From NCBI GenBank assembly GCA_040954595.2, contig CM082584.2:3910110-3974109 (forward strand): a DNA stretch of 64,000 nucleotides, given 5' to 3'. Position 1 is the stretch's first letter; the number at the start of each line of letters is the position of its first letter. The stretch is from Balanoglossus misakiensis (lineage: Eukaryota; Animalia; Hemichordata). The notes under the pieces are model-generated. The model searched no databases. It saw nothing but the letters and a program-made list of their open reading frames with translations, and was not told the origin of the DNA. A program made the position numbers and the translations under genes. Shown here one piece after another: positions 50,601 through 63,658 of this stretch.

Positions 50601-53600
50601 TGTACATGTATTTTGTTACAGACCATGAGACAACTATCATGCATAGACTACAAAATACTATCTTAGAGCACAGCGAAGTCTTAAATGCAGTTCTGGAATA
50701 TGCTGCTGAACTGGATTGGTAAGATGTCAGATAACAAAAAAATATTTTCAAATATTTGTACTTTTGTGAATTCAATGGGATTCATCACAAAATATTTGCA
50801 TTGTACAGATGGTAATTTTGAGCTATTGTAAAGTGGCTATTTGTAGTGTAGTAATAAAAGCCTTCTTGCAATATTAGTAAACCAGGGTCTCTTTATCAAC
50901 AGAGATCATGAGTAAACTATAATAGTATGTACATGAACATGTTTTGTTAACAATTAAGTACACCGGTAGTCAGCAGAAATTGACAGGTATATAGAATATT
51001 AAAGCCAACAAGCATTTGTGTTCCTTTTCAGTCTAATATCACTGGCTGTATGCGCAAAGGAATATAACTACACACAACCAGTATTAACACAAAACAATGT
51101 AATACACATCAGAGGTGGCAGACATCCACTACAAGAACTTTGTGTCAGTCCATTTGTACCAAACGATACTCTATCTGGTGACAAAGGCAGCAAAATTAAA
51201 TTCCTGACTGGTCCAAATTCAAGTGGTAAAAGTATCTACATAAAGCAGGTAATGTACTATTCTCCCTTTAAGCCACCTAAGGGACCGTTCAGTTTTTACG
51301 GCCGGGGGGGGGGGGGGGGGGGGGGGCAAAATCCAGGGGGGGGGGGGTCACTTAAATTTTGAAGTCCAAAAGGGGGGGGTCATCTGTTTTTTTTTTAACG
51401 TTTAGGGGGGGTCACATACTTTTGCCACCGAACTTTTGCTTTTGAGTCCACAAAATTGCAGTTTCTCGCCCTTTATTTTACACCCCCTCCCACACCCACA
51501 CCCTTCATTCTCCGCCACATTTCGTTTTTTGCTGGTTTGTCTAGTGTAACAGGGCAGAGTGCTTGCCACCCCAACCCCACTGATGATAATATTTAACAAA
51601 GTAAATACATAAAGGCGATAATCGTTTAAACCATTTCGCATAACTGATAGTTTCGTGCTGCATCTTTAATATACTAGAAGTTTTATAAATGATGTCATGA
51701 CGAAGATGACGCCAAATCTTCTAACTTTGAGTGGAGTGAAAAGTAAACTTGGTCCTCCCAAACATTGTGATAATTTGCTTTTGAGTTCTTAAAAATGCAA
51801 CTTTGAGCTACATATTTTACAAAATCTTCTTATGTGGGAGGGGGACACCCCCTCCCACACCCACCCCCTCCATTCTTCGCCACATATCATTTATTCGGTG
51901 GTTTGTCTAGTGTACCAGGGCCGACTTCTTCCCACCCCACCCCCGATGGTTACTTTGAGTGGAGTGGCAAAATTAAAATTTGTCCTGCCTAACATTGAGT
52001 TAATAAATTTGCTTTTGAGTTCATTAAAATGCAACTTTGAGCACCGTATTTTACAAAATTTTCTTATGTATGTCCCACGCCCATCCCCGCCACTTTTCTT
52101 GTTTTACCAATTCTAACAACTATTGTATTGACTTGTCATTTTATTTTGTTCATAGATTTTTTTATTGCAACGATATACTATTATATATACTTCAAGTAAT
52201 TTAAGAAATTTATAATTGAGGTGTGAGGAGCCTCATTCCCTTTATTGCATACAGTGTACATAGGATCAGGATGGCGAATGTTTTCGGCGTGGGGGGGGGG
52301 GGTCATCATATTTTTGGATCTGTCAAAGGGGGGGTCATCATTTTTTGGTCCTGGGTGAAGGGGGGGTCGGCCTGATTTTGAAAACCGATGACCCAAACTT
52401 GCCGCCCCCCCCCCTCCTGCCGTAAAAACTGAACGGTCCCTAAGTGAGTGATGAAAATCTCATATGGTTGACACAATTTCAATATGGCGATTTTTGCCAT
52501 GTTTAAGAAATGGGAGTTCATAAGCTAAAGTGATGATGGGTCATTCTGAAACTTTTTAATAGAAAAATACCAAAATGTGAAAAAATTGAATGAGTTTATA
52601 TGATAACTACAAAGACAGACATGTTTGACCAAAGGGAGTCATGAAATACAGCAAACATATCATTTCTTCTATCTCTTACTACAGTGGGTTGTCGACTTTT
52701 TGACCAGAATGCAATGTGATTTGACCCCCTAGCGCAAAGTGAAAACCTATTTAAGGCAGCCAGAATTGGGTGCACAATGATATCTGTCGGAAAAAATTTG
52801 AGAAGCCCTGATGCAGCTGACACAAGCAGTGGCTTGTGTCAAAGTCCCGTCTTTCGCTAGTATATTGATATATTTAGTGGAAGCAGATCCTTTTTGTTTT
52901 TATGAAAATCTATGTATATGTTGTTAACAGATCTGGGTGTTGGTAACCTGTGTTGTGAGGGCTACTGTAAAGTTGGAAATGTTGCACGTGTCTTTAACTT
53001 TTCATGCCATAACATATAACCTACATTTTGACAGGTTGGTCTGATTGTATTTCTGGCTCATATTGGGAGTTTTGTACCAGCCGAGTCTGCCCACATTTGT
53101 ATGCTGGATAGAATCTTTACCAGGATTCATTCCAGGGAATCTGTCACCACTGGCCTCTCCACATTCCTTATTGATCTCAATCAGGTGAGAATGTTACAAG
53201 ATATTTGGTTTTAAAGGGTGTGACGATCGTTTTATGCGCATGTGCTAAACCAGAGACTCTGGTTACAGAAATTGTATACAGTCAATGCCATAATTAAGGC
53301 AGTGTGCTGTCCTGACAACAGACAAACTGGCGGTGACCATAGTCTGTGTCGGAGATCAGGAAAAGACAGCAAACTGGGGGAAAAGAAGGGACAACTAGCT
53401 GTTAAGTCTGCTTATATAGTCCACTATTTGAATGCTTCAAAGGCAAAATTTGCAGAAGATTTGGACTATGGACATAATGTTTGTACACACGACATCACAC
53501 ACATGCACATAAAGTCGATCGACAGCCTTTAACAGCTCGTGTGTATTTCCACTCATGTATTATATCATAATTGGATTCATCAGTCAACAGATGAAAAAGC

Positions 53601-55804
53601 TGAGTTGTAGAATTCATTACCCACCCACCATTCCTGGATAATATACAATGAAGAAGCTTGAGAAAGTAAAGTATAAACTCTTTGAAACAATGAAATTTTA
53701 CACCAAAATATAGAAATTCAGTTGAACAATATCTGAAAAAATTGTTTCTGTAGGATGCCCATGATAATAGTAAAGATTTATAACAAACTTTGTCTACAGT
53801 AAAACGGGTTATTTTCGCGACAGGAAATTTTCACACTATCAAAAGAGGTATAACTGGTTATACATGAGTATTAATTTTTGTTCTCACTAACTGCATCGTT
53901 ATCTCTGAAAAATATTTTACTCTACTTTCGTATTTCGCGAAAATTTATCATTCGCAAAAATAACCAGTTTTACAGTATTTTTTTATAAATTTAATTTTGT
54001 TACATTATTCCATTGCTGTCGTTGCTGGTTTCAAAAACATATAATAATTTCTTTATAGATTTGTGTGGCATTAAAGTATGCAGGTGAGCGTTCATTGGTG
54101 TTGCTGGATGAATTTGGAAAGGGTACACAGACAATGGATGGAATAGCCTTACTATGTGGCTGTTTACAGCATTGGATAAACCAGGCCAAGAATTGTCCTC
54201 ATGTCTTGGTATCTTCTCATTTCCATACCATTGTACATCAACATCTGCTGTCAAGGTCATCCATCATTCAATTTCAGGTCAGTCAATCTTTGCATCTCCT
54301 GTTTTAGTGTCGCTATATTCAAACTGGGATGTTCACATGAAACAAAATTAGAAGACATCAACTTGTGATGGCCGCTAGCTCTCATTAAAGTAGTATATGC
54401 TTCGGAAATCAAAGTCAAAGACATTTCTCATATTTTGCTGAAGTATTCTCTCTTTAAGGTTGAGAATAAAAATTAAAGGCCCACCTTGCAGAATTTTGAA
54501 TGATCAGAGAGCAAAATTGTCTCCAATTTGAAATTTAAAATGGCCGCACCAGTCTCTGTGTTTACTCTATGGAGAAAATTTACAATACTGATTTATTATG
54601 AAAACAAGACGGCAAACACTCTCTTTTCTTCTTTGTTTTCAAAAAGACTCCTCACACGCTTTAGCAAAGAATTAAAATGAATGGAGGACTGTCATATTTC
54701 TGATCATCTTTCCCCAAGGCACGTACAGCCTACCTTAATTATTTTATTCCTCTCTGACAGATGATGGAAGTTTTGGAAGACAAGGATGAATTGGTGTCCC
54801 TCTATCAATTAATTGATGGCCATAATAGCAGCAGTTATGCCCACCATGTTGCCAAAGTTGCTGGATTGCCGACCAAGATACTGGTCAGAGCTTAAGAGGT
54901 CATTTTCAATTATTCTTTATTTCATGCAGTAATCTTTATCCCTTTCATCCCCTGAAAAGAAGGATAAAATGAATTTTTATACTATTCTGAGTGTGCATCT
55001 AGGCAAGCCAAGATATGTTTGTGTGAATAGGAACATAACCCTTTCACCACTACAGTTCAGTCCAAACCCATTGTACGTTGTCTATGGTAAGGTCAGACTT
55101 CTAAAGAGGGAACTGGGGATGAAAGTGGTACAATATCCCTCTGTGGCACAAGACTACAGATAACGTGATTGAAAGGCACTGTCTTGCAGTTGTAAAAATG
55201 AGTAGCCGTGCAATCAATCTCAATTTAATAAATACTGCTTTGTGCACACTCTAAGATTACACACACAACATGAGTGATTTCAAGAACAAATGTCATGACA
55301 ACAAGTTTGTTAGAAGGCACACTGACTGATGCGGTGTGCTCATTTGAAGAGTTTGGACAGATACAGACTTACTGTAAAACGGGTTATTTTCGCAACAGGA
55401 AATTTTCGCGATATCCAAGGAGGCAACTGTTATGCAAGAATTTAATTTTCGCATTCTCTTATTTTTACTGGATAGTTATCTCCGAAAAACGTTTTACGTG
55501 ACTTTTTATTTTCACATTTTTTTGGCTCTCGCGTATTTCGCGAAAATTTATTTCTCGCGGAAATAACCCGTTTTACAGTATTCAGCCTCAGCTTGCTGCA
55601 GTGATTCATTAACATGTGAATATCCTTTGGTGATTACAGGTCTGGTCGTTGCTTCAACAGAAGAAAGCAATACACATTCCGCATGTGTCCAATGATGACA
55701 AGAAGAAGAGCTATGAAGCAGTTGTTCGACAATTTCTGAAGTTGAATTTTGAGAACGATAATCTGCAATCGTTTCTTAATCAATTGATTACCATTGTTTC
55801 TTAG
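26688..55804 (+). CDS. MSH5: MutS homolog 5, copy B; complete exon set but premature TAA at 54893-54895 (truncated, possible young pseudogene)
   Basis: Exons 26688-26882, 28050-28173, 29683-29763, 30080-30145, 30716-30837, 31767-31876, 33156-33277, 42424-42469, 43247-43385, 43812-43874, 44511-44582, 45391-45447, 46176-46248, 46786-46976, 47883-47928, 48676-48717, 50622-50718, 51032-51248, 53035-53184, 54059-54277, 54761-54898, 55640-55804. MSH5-type motifs [37 protein letters not shown]...KEGLSLYG, plus the ATPase motifs. Confidence 0.9.
27324..27427. mobile_element. 104-bp perfect foldback MITE with 9-bp TSD (Mutator-like)
   Basis: 49-bp perfect inverted arms, 6-nt loop, GTGCTCCCT on both sides. 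Confidence 0.85.
27791..27934. mobile_element. Small hAT-like MITE
   Basis: CAGTGTTCTCCCCAG...CTGGGGAGAACACTA; TSD unclear. Confidence 0.5.
30965..31374. mobile_element. Hairpin-containing non-autonomous element (Crypton-like, tentative)
   Basis: Imperfect palindrome 30965-31110 and terminal GAGTGTGAGAAT matching the start. Confidence 0.5.
32532..32891. mobile_element. Kolobok-like MITE (relative about 18781-19070)
   Basis: TTAA|AGCCCCTATAGCTG...CAGCTCTAGAGGCA|TTAA. Confidence 0.65.
34119..34275. mobile_element. Right half of the TAGTCT-ended element, just upstream of the TRIM-B promoter
   Basis: Aligns to 7614-7770 in the same orientation. Confidence 0.7.
34400..34717 (+). promoter_or_regulatory. 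Probable TRIM-B promoter and non-coding first exon
   Basis: CpG-richer patch with GC-box-like runs, ending in an AAG|gtaagg donor at 34718. A matching acceptor (ttcaatag| at 35622) lies 20 nt before the caagATGG start. Confidence 0.45.
35643..37052 (+). CDS. TRIM-DTC copy B, first coding exon: RING, B-box1, B-box2, coiled coil, linker, start of DTC
   Basis: C3HC4 RING CPIC...CVHTFCEKC...CPTCR followed by LP..GV.GL.NN, two B-boxes and a coiled coil. Ends GNMPTGTM...[11 protein letters not shown]|gtaagt. Confidence 0.93.
38845..39023 (+). CDS. TRIM-DTC copy B, DTC exon 2
   Basis: cag|CCT acceptor, CT|gtaagt donor; [13 protein letters not shown]...[14 protein letters not shown]...VDWNGITHK. 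Confidence 0.9.
40598..40868. mobile_element. Sola2-like MITE, copy-B-specific
   Basis: TIR GGGCCGC(T/C)GCAAGGGAAAAGGGCCCTTATGCA, 4-bp TSD AAAT; single AAAT at the empty site near 5238. Confidence 0.75.
41181..41259 (+). CDS. TRIM-DTC copy B, terminal coding exon
   Basis: tttatccag|G acceptor, phase 2; [25 protein letters not shown]; AATAAA at 41559. Confidence 0.88.
47018..47089. mobile_element. 72-bp TAGTCT-ended foldback mini-element, copy-B-specific
   Basis: Near-perfect palindrome with CCACAGTAC duplicated around it; single copy near 12078. Confidence 0.7.
48820..50341. mobile_element. IS3EU-like non-autonomous foldback element, copy-B-specific
   Basis: TACGGTGGCCCTCTCACGTCAATTTTAAAAT...ATTTTAAAATTGACGTGAGAGGGCCACCGTA with 6-bp TSD GAAAGC; the arms are inverted over most of the length; absent near 14200. 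Confidence 0.8.
51281..52440. mobile_element. PIF/Harbinger MITE family 1, opposite orientation, copy-B-specific
   Basis: GGGACCGTTCAGTTTTTACGGC TIRs, TAA TSD; single TAA at the empty site near 15547. Confidence 0.88.
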
Positions 55805-57119
55805 AAAACATAAATTTTGATATAAAGTTTTACCCGAGAGAATATGTTAAATAATGAAGTCATCAGATCCTTATCTCCACATCTGTGCTCATAAACATTG
55901 CATTTTACCATCAATATTTTAGTGTGATAAAATCAAAATATACATATGTATCTGGAAAATCTAAGTATATATAATTCAGAGTTCATCAATGTAAACAAAT
56001 GATTCCATTGTGAATCTCTCAGATGCACTTCATTGTTTAACAGGAGTTTGGTATTTGAAAATGTTGCTTGTAAATTATACCACTCTTTGTGTAGTGTTTT
56101 CATGAGTACTGGCATAAAGTACATAGAAACTATACATGGATTATTGCTTCAATCAAGTACCATATAAAGCAGGTGTGTCTGTCTGAGGAATTTTACTCCA
56201 GCAAGACTTCTTTCAGGTAGTCATCATAAATGTCAAACAGGGCTTGGTTGAGATTTGAATCAACCAATTTTGATTATCCATCTATTTTTCAATGCCATGT
56301 TGTGCATTGCTTTGGATAAGTTGTAAGAATTTTGAAAATGTTTAAATGTTCTTTCATATATTGTTGATTTCAGTGACTGACATTTTGTAGTCATGGAGCT
56401 TTATATGTGTTTTTATGTTGACAAAAAACATCCAAGAATTTTATGACAAAATAAAATGATACAGTTCATTACAGGTATTTTGCTCATATATGTGTATGTA
56501 TGTGATGAGGACAATTCGATGGTCATTAGAATGAAAAAAAAAAACCAACAGAATGACGTTATATGCATGCATGTAAAAACTTGAATGGTAAGGGTTCAGC
56601 AATTGTTTGGGGGGGGGGTCACTTAAATTTTGAAATCCAAAAGGGGGGTACATCTTTTTTTTGGAGAGGTTTAGGGGGGTCACATACTTTTGCCACCGAA
56701 CTTTTGCTTGGACACCCCCTCCCACACCCACCCCCTTCATTCTTTGCCACATCTAGTGTACCAGGACAGAGTTCTTGCCACCCCACCCCACCGATGCTTA
56801 CTTTGAGTGGAGTGGCAAAAGTAAATTAGGTCCTCCAAGCATTTAGTTAATTTGCTTTTGAGTTCATTAAAATGCAACTTTGAGCTCCATATTTTACAAA
56901 ATTTTCTTTCCCACCCCCTTCATTCTTCACCACATCTACCCAGGGCGGAGTACTTAACCCTCACCCCCACCTATCCATGCTAACTTTGAGTGCCTAAAGT
57001 AAAATTAAATTAATAGCGAAACCAGAAAGCTTCTGTTGAATATTTTATCATAAAAACGTACAGTCCCTATGAAAATATATCACCATTTGATTATACTCCC
57101 CATTCCTTGAATAGGCTAA

Positions 57120-57343
57120 TCCACATTACGTCATTACTAAATTTACAAAGAACGAGAACTCCCTCTACGTCATTGTAAATTTGCAGACCAATTGTTCAAT
57201 TCGGGGTAAATGACCTATGATTTCTTTGAACAGCTACGTCAAATCTTCCATTTACAGCAAGGATTTGGTAATCGCGGCCACTGGGTCCAAAGTTTAGGCA
57301 GTTAACACCATCTTTGGCATGTAGTTGTTTGCTTTCACGAAAG
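57120..57343 (+). promoter_or_regulatory. Probable MSH5-C promoter and non-coding first exon
   Basis: Near-identical to 22380-22601; donor gtgagt at 57344. Confidence 0.55.
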
Positions 57344-58748
57344 GTGAGTTAGGTAGGCGCGGAACGGGACGTTTTGTATTGTACTCCATAGGAAATGCGA
57401 TAGTGACAGGCATCGGCCATTGTGACCTCCATGGTTCATGATCAAAGCAGAAGAATTTTGGATCGCGCGAAGGCTGTTTTGCTAATTGCTAACCATTGAT
57501 GACTCAAGTCTTCAATGTTCTAGAGATTGTAGTCGAGCTATAAAAAAAAAGATCCGCTTGAGCGGACGATGGTCTTGCCACCAAAACAACAACTCTCCCA
57601 GGCTCCCGATTCGTATTCGCATGCATTGAGGTTCCTTCTGTAGTCAGTAGCTCTGCGTGGCATGGGATGTGTGTCTTCCGGCGATGCTTCGAAACATCTC
57701 CGCGCCGTTTAGACAAACAGCCCCGCCAAGCAGAACTACTTCTGTGGCACCTCCATGCGTAGGGCTAGCCTCCACCACATGGAAAGCAAGATGGGTCTGT
57801 GACCTGCAGGGATACTCCATTATGGAGTGAGATCCCCGCCAAAATAGATTAATATTCTGATTTATTTGTTTGTATCATCATATTTTTGCAATTTATTGTA
57901 GTTGTTTGATTATTTCAGTTTATTTTATCATTAATTTTTTTTTACAATATTTTCTGATCTCGTTCAGTAGTATTTTTCTTTTATCCCAGTTTATCATTTA
58001 AATAATTTACATTATTTATTTTATTATTTCTATGACTTCATTAAAGTTGACTTTTTACAAATTTAACTTCTTTTTGCATGAGTATCAGGCAAATTATTTT
58101 CTCAATTCGTCATTTCATCCATTCAGTCATTATTTTTCGTTTCATTTCAGTTTTTCATTCAAATAATTTGCATGATTTATTTCATTGTTTCACTAAAGTT
58201 GATTGTTTAAGCATCTAATTTCTGTATATCCTTACAATATGAAATTGTGTGTACTCAAATTACTGTTTCACCAATTACCATGTCTAAATTTTTTACAACT
58301 GGCTTTCTGGCTTTGACTACCCCCCCCCCCCTCCCCCCCTCCGTCCATATTTCTGACATATTTGCAGAATAAAAAAAAGCCTATTTCAAATGACCTCATA
58401 GTCGACCCATTCTCAGGTTTTGTTTCTAACAACTTCAGAAATTACATGCTTTGCACAGCTCTGTGTGACTGTCCTTCAAAGATGCTATGAGAACAAAAGC
58501 CCAATTTTTCATTTATAATCCAAGTTTAAGCAGTTTTCTTGAATCCCTATATTATTTCTTTAGAGTCGCTGTAAGGTACAGTTGTTTGACAATGCTCTGT
58601 ACCTCCACCCCAGAAAAACGACTGTAGGCAGTGAGTCATTTTAGTCTGCATCATCAAAGAAATAACGCCACACCACAATTCCTATAGTCCTTTTTCTGCA
58701 GTGGAGGTGTGAAGCGCACACAAACGACTGTACCTTACAGTCTATATG

Positions 58749-58968
58749 CAGAATGTCCAGTGTCCAGTACAGAACAAATGAATGATCAAATTCAGAATGT
58801 CCAGTGTCCAGTACAGAACAAATGAATGATCAAATTCAGAATGTCCAGTGTCCAGTACAGAACAAATGAATGATCAAATTCAGAATGTCCAGTGTCCAGT
58901 ACAGAACAAATGAATGATCAAATTCAGAATGTCCAGTGTCCAGTACAGAACAAATGAATGATCAAATT
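58749..58968. repeat. 44-bp minisatellite, 5 copies
   Basis: CAGAATGTCCAGTGTCCAGTACAGAACAAATGAATGATCAAATT at 58749, 58793, 58837, 58881, 58925; single copy at 24020. Confidence 0.95.
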
Positions 58969-60901
58969 TACAGCTCTATAGGAGTACCTTTGTATTTATC
59001 ACACGTGTAAAATAAAATCAAACAAAGTGTAAAAAAACTGAACTTTGTGTGGCTTACTGGGAAAAATAGTTCAAAGATATCCGTAGTGCTGGCCAAATAT
59101 TTGTGTTCCTACCAGAAAATTACGTACATGTAGATGGAATCCAGGTCTGGTGGCGTCTTAAAATAAAAGTGCTTAGGAAGGCCATTGTACTGGTATTGCT
59201 TCAAATGTAGGTACATGCATGTATATTATGAATGAACATTTTCACTCAAAAAGTCAAGAACACCGATAGGTGATGATGTCATTATCAAGTGTTTTAGTAA
59301 TAGTAAAGAAAATCCTGCCTGCCCCCCCCCCCCCCTCCTCGCCTCCCATGTTGCACCCACCATATATTGACCATTAGGGGGATGATTACTTCAAAATTCA
59401 AAGCAGTCACACACTGAATACAAATGTCAATGATACCATCATTGATCATTTGAATTGTTTACTTGTCTATTAGCTCATGATCAACTGTCAAAAAGTGTTT
59501 GGATGTAGAAACAAGTCTTTTTCTGCAATAACCCTGATTAATATTACGTTTGCAAGATAGGTGCCTGTGTCTTTCTGCAAAATCAGTATATGTTCTTGTA
59601 TAGGGAATTAGCTGGGAGATGTATTAGGCTGGTGAGAGTGGAATATTGCTGTCAAAGTGTGGGGGGGGGGGGGGGGCGGGTGATGATAGTAAAGTTGAAA
59701 TCATCTTCAACAGTTTTTTACTGCAACATTTTGGTATCATGTCTGCCTTTTTCTCTCATTTGGCTATGGTGACTTATTCACAGATAAGATATTTTCTATC
59801 ATTTTTTTTTAATACTACGCTTCCATTATATCTGATTATACATGTATCGATTTATGTCATTTATTGTTCTCTCTTGATTTTTTCCCCTACATTTATTTCT
59901 GTTTTTCATGTAAAAGTACAGTCCTTTTCCATTTTATCTGTTACTTCTTTCGAACTTTTTAGGGTTTTTCCAAATTTTAACAATATTCTACTCTCCTGTA
60001 ACTTCCTCTATTGTTATTTTTAGTATTTAAGAACTTTATTCTTAATACTATACACCATTATATCATGCACTAGGGTGTTTTCTCTATTAGTGTACAAAAA
60101 GTATGGCGAATACCATTAATTTATTTTCTTAAAAACTGAAAGTGGTTGTCTGCTCATCTCACCATGTACAGCAAATTAAAATCCTGATTGGTTAAATTGA
60201 AATATCTTTTATACCTTGAGATTATATTTCCCAATTCCCCAAATTTCACATCCACATTTTAGTATAAGTTGCTTACTTTTGACATCATTTTGATCGTATT
60301 AGTTTCTTTTGATAGATGATTTATGTTGTTTGCTGAAAAATGGAAAAATCACTGCTTGTTACAAGTCACATTCCGTATAAACTAGTCTCATCATTGTAAA
60401 CCACAATCTTTAAGCGGCAACACGTAGTTTCTGCATTACGAGCCAGAGGTAGATGACTATGGCCCGTGAGAATGATCCTGTATATGGGTTATTCAACGTA
60501 ATTTTGGTTTTTGCCTAAAATTAAGAGACGGAAGTATTCATTTATTATTTCAAGTCCATTTTACAGGCCATGATCTGAGCGTTGGCAAAAAAGTCATTAG
60601 GCCAGGAAGAAAAAATGAATTGTTCATCGGAATCGCCGCTTCTACTTTGGCTGATTTGGAATTTTTTTTGGGGGGGGGGGGGATCTCGGCAAATTGTACT
60701 TTCGCGTTACAAAATTCTTTAATAGTACTGCTGCTGGTGGCCAGAATATGTTGTGCAAACATCAACTGTAAATGTAATGGCCTATGTTATTGTTGGGAAA
60801 TATAGCATTGAATTCAGTTACAAGTACATGTATCAGTGTTTTTGTCTGAGATATTTCTGGTAAAAAGGGAAACTATCACCGTGGGTGACTTTGACTCGAC
60901 A

Positions 60902-62272
60902 TTGACCAGTTCAACTCCATATACGCACTCGCTATTGCTCGTGCGTATATATCGTGAACTGGTCAAAATCTCGTGGTATACCATGGCTGGGGGTGTTTTA
61001 TTGCTTAAGGGACCGTTCAGTTTTTACGGCAGGGGGGGGGGGTCGGCAAGTTTGTGTCATGGGTTTTGAAAATCAGGCCGACCCCCCCCCTTCACCTAGC
61101 ACCCAAAAATGATGACCCCCCCCCCCCCCCCCCCACACTGAAAACATTCGCCGTCCTGATCCTATGTACACTGTATGCAATAAAGGGAACGAGGCTCCTC
61201 ACACCTCAACTATAAATTTCTTAAAGTAATTGAATTATATAATAATATTGTTGCAATAAAGAAATCTATGAACAAATTAAAATGACAAGTCAATACAATA
61301 GTTGCAGGAATTGGTAAAACAAGAAAAGTGGCGGGGTGGGCATAAGAAAATTTTGTAAAATACGGTGCTCAAAGTTGCATTTTAATGAACTCAAAAGCAA
61401 ATTAACTCAATGTTAGGCAGGACAAATTTTGATTTTGCCACTCCAGGGGTGGGGTGGGAATAAGTCTGCCCTGGTACACTAGACAAACCAGCGAATAAAT
61501 GATATGTTGCGAAGAATGGAGGGGGTGGGTGTGAAGATAATATTGTAAAATATGGAGCTCAAAGTTGCATTTTTATGAACTCAAAAGCAAATTCATCTCA
61601 ATGTTTGGGAGGACCAATTTTACATTTTGCCATTCCACTCAAAGTTAGAAGATTTGGCGTCATCTTCGTCATGACATCATTTATAAAACTTCTAGTATAT
61701 AGAAGATGCAGCACGAAAATATTCTCCTTTATGTATTTACTTTGTTAAATATTATCATCGGTGGGGTTGGGGTGGCAAGCACGCTGCCCTGGTACACTAG
61801 ACAAACCAGCAAAAATTGAAATGTGGCAGAGAATGTAGGGGGTGGGTGTGAAGAAAATCAGAAAATTTTGTAAAATAAAGGGCGCGAAACTGCAATTTTG
61901 TGGACTCAAAAGCAAAAGTTAGGTGGTAAAAGTATGTGACCCCCCCCCCTAAACGTTTAAAAAAAACAGATGACCCCCCCCCCTTTTGGACTTCAAAATT
62001 TAAGTGACACCCCCCCCCCCTGGATTTTGCCGCCCCCCAAACCCCACCCACCCACCCCCACCCCCCCCCCCCCCCCCCGGCCGTAAAAACTGAACGGTCC
62101 CTAATTATATCATGCTACCATCCGCCATTCTGATTGGACAAGAGCTCAATCCAGTGATGCTAAAATTAAGCAATAAAACACCCCCAGCCATGGTATACCA
62201 CAAGATTTTGACCAGTTCACGACATATACGCATGAGCGATAGCGAGTGCGTATATGGAGTTGAACTGGTCAA
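60902..62272. repeat. Inverted repeat pair of about 107 bp (60902-61008 / 62166-62272), transposon remnant split by a Harbinger MITE
   Basis: ...GGGGGTGTTTTATTGCTTAA versus TTAAGCAATAAAACACCCCC... Confidence 0.7.
61009..62101. mobile_element. PIF/Harbinger MITE family 1, copy-C-specific
   Basis: Same TIRs, TAA TSD. Confidence 0.88.
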
Positions 62273-62604
62273 AATCGATAAACTAAATAAATACCATAAA
62301 AACACATGAATTTACAGACGTTTTATTTTGGAACTGCTCTGCTCTGAATATTTTGCACTTTTGTCACTTTTTGTCGTCTGCTTTATGTTTAATGCTCGAT
62401 CCCGGGCCGCACGTGTTTACATTCATCGTCATCATGTTGGTTCACGATCGTAATGTCTCAGGCTGTGTAGGGGGGGGGGGCATTAATAAAATTCTTTGTT
62501 TTGCCACCTGTTTGCTGTTCATTTTTTCAGATAAAATGAAATTCAGATTATGCTGTAGAATAAAAAAAAAGGTATTTTCCATACCGTTGACCATGTACTA
62601 GTAA

Positions 62605-63479
62605 GGGAGCATTCGTTTTTTACAGGGAGGGGGGGGGGGGCCGGTGGAATTTGAGTCGCCGACTAAATGTAAAAGGCAACCCCCCCTCGAAATTACTTTT
62701 CTAAAATGTGTCCCCCCCTAAATTCTTCAATTGTAAAATGTGACCCCCCCCCCAAAAAAAAAAAAGTTTATCCACCGGATTAAACTTATCAAACTTTGTC
62801 AGATATTTAGACTGACCATTGTTATTGTTGACATATGATTCTATTCAGAATTACATTCATTCTATCTTGTAAAAAAAGAAAAACAGCACTCCCATGAAAA
62901 GAATTTGAAACTGATGTTTCCCCTCATCAGTGGGTATTAAAACTGAACATTGTTTTTATTTTTTAAGTATTTGTATTCTGTGTTGGGAGACATTGTAAAC
63001 CGAGAATTGAATGGGGTGGGTTTGAAAATTTTGTAAAATACAGAGCTCAAAGCTGCATTTTAATGAACCCGGCAAAAGCAAATTAACTCAACTACCGGTA
63101 TGTTGGGGAGGACAAATTTAACCGTCGCCGCTCAAAGTTATCATGGGGTGGGGGCAAGTCCCCTGACCTGGGACACTATGGATAAACCAGTCAATGATTG
63201 AAAGGTGTTGATGAGGGGTGGGTGTGGGAGGGGGTTTCCCCCTCCCACATTAGAAAATTTTGTCAAATAAAGGGCGCGAAACTGCATTTTTGCGGACTCA
63301 AAATAAACATTTAGTCGTCAAAGTGTGCTATAATTCCATACAAATCTGTTGTAAAAATTGTCCCCCCCCTAAACCATTGATTATAAAATGTGTCCCCCCC
63401 CTAAAAACTGCTTTGTAAAAGTAAACCCCCCCTGATTTCCACCGGCCCCCCCCCCTCCCTGTAAAAAACGAATGCTCCC
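62605..63479. mobile_element. PIF/Harbinger MITE family 2, copy-C-specific
   Basis: TIR GGGAGCATTCGTTTTTTACAGGGAGGGG, TAA TSD; single TAA at the empty site near 26504. Confidence 0.88.
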
Positions 63480-63658
63480 TAACCAATGAGAAACTGGGTT
63501 TATGTACTTACGCATAAAATTGTATTTCCTTGTTTGTTCAATTGGTGGCTGGGTAAGATTAGGGAATTTTGCTAATGGCTAACAAAGGATTTTATATGTG
63601 ATCTCTTTTTTTCTGAATACCCATAACATTAACACAATACATTTTCCATATTTAGACA

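Noticed and set aside
58749-58968. CRISPR-like array
   Set aside because: Contiguous identical 44-mers with no spacers, no cas genes, eukaryotic context.
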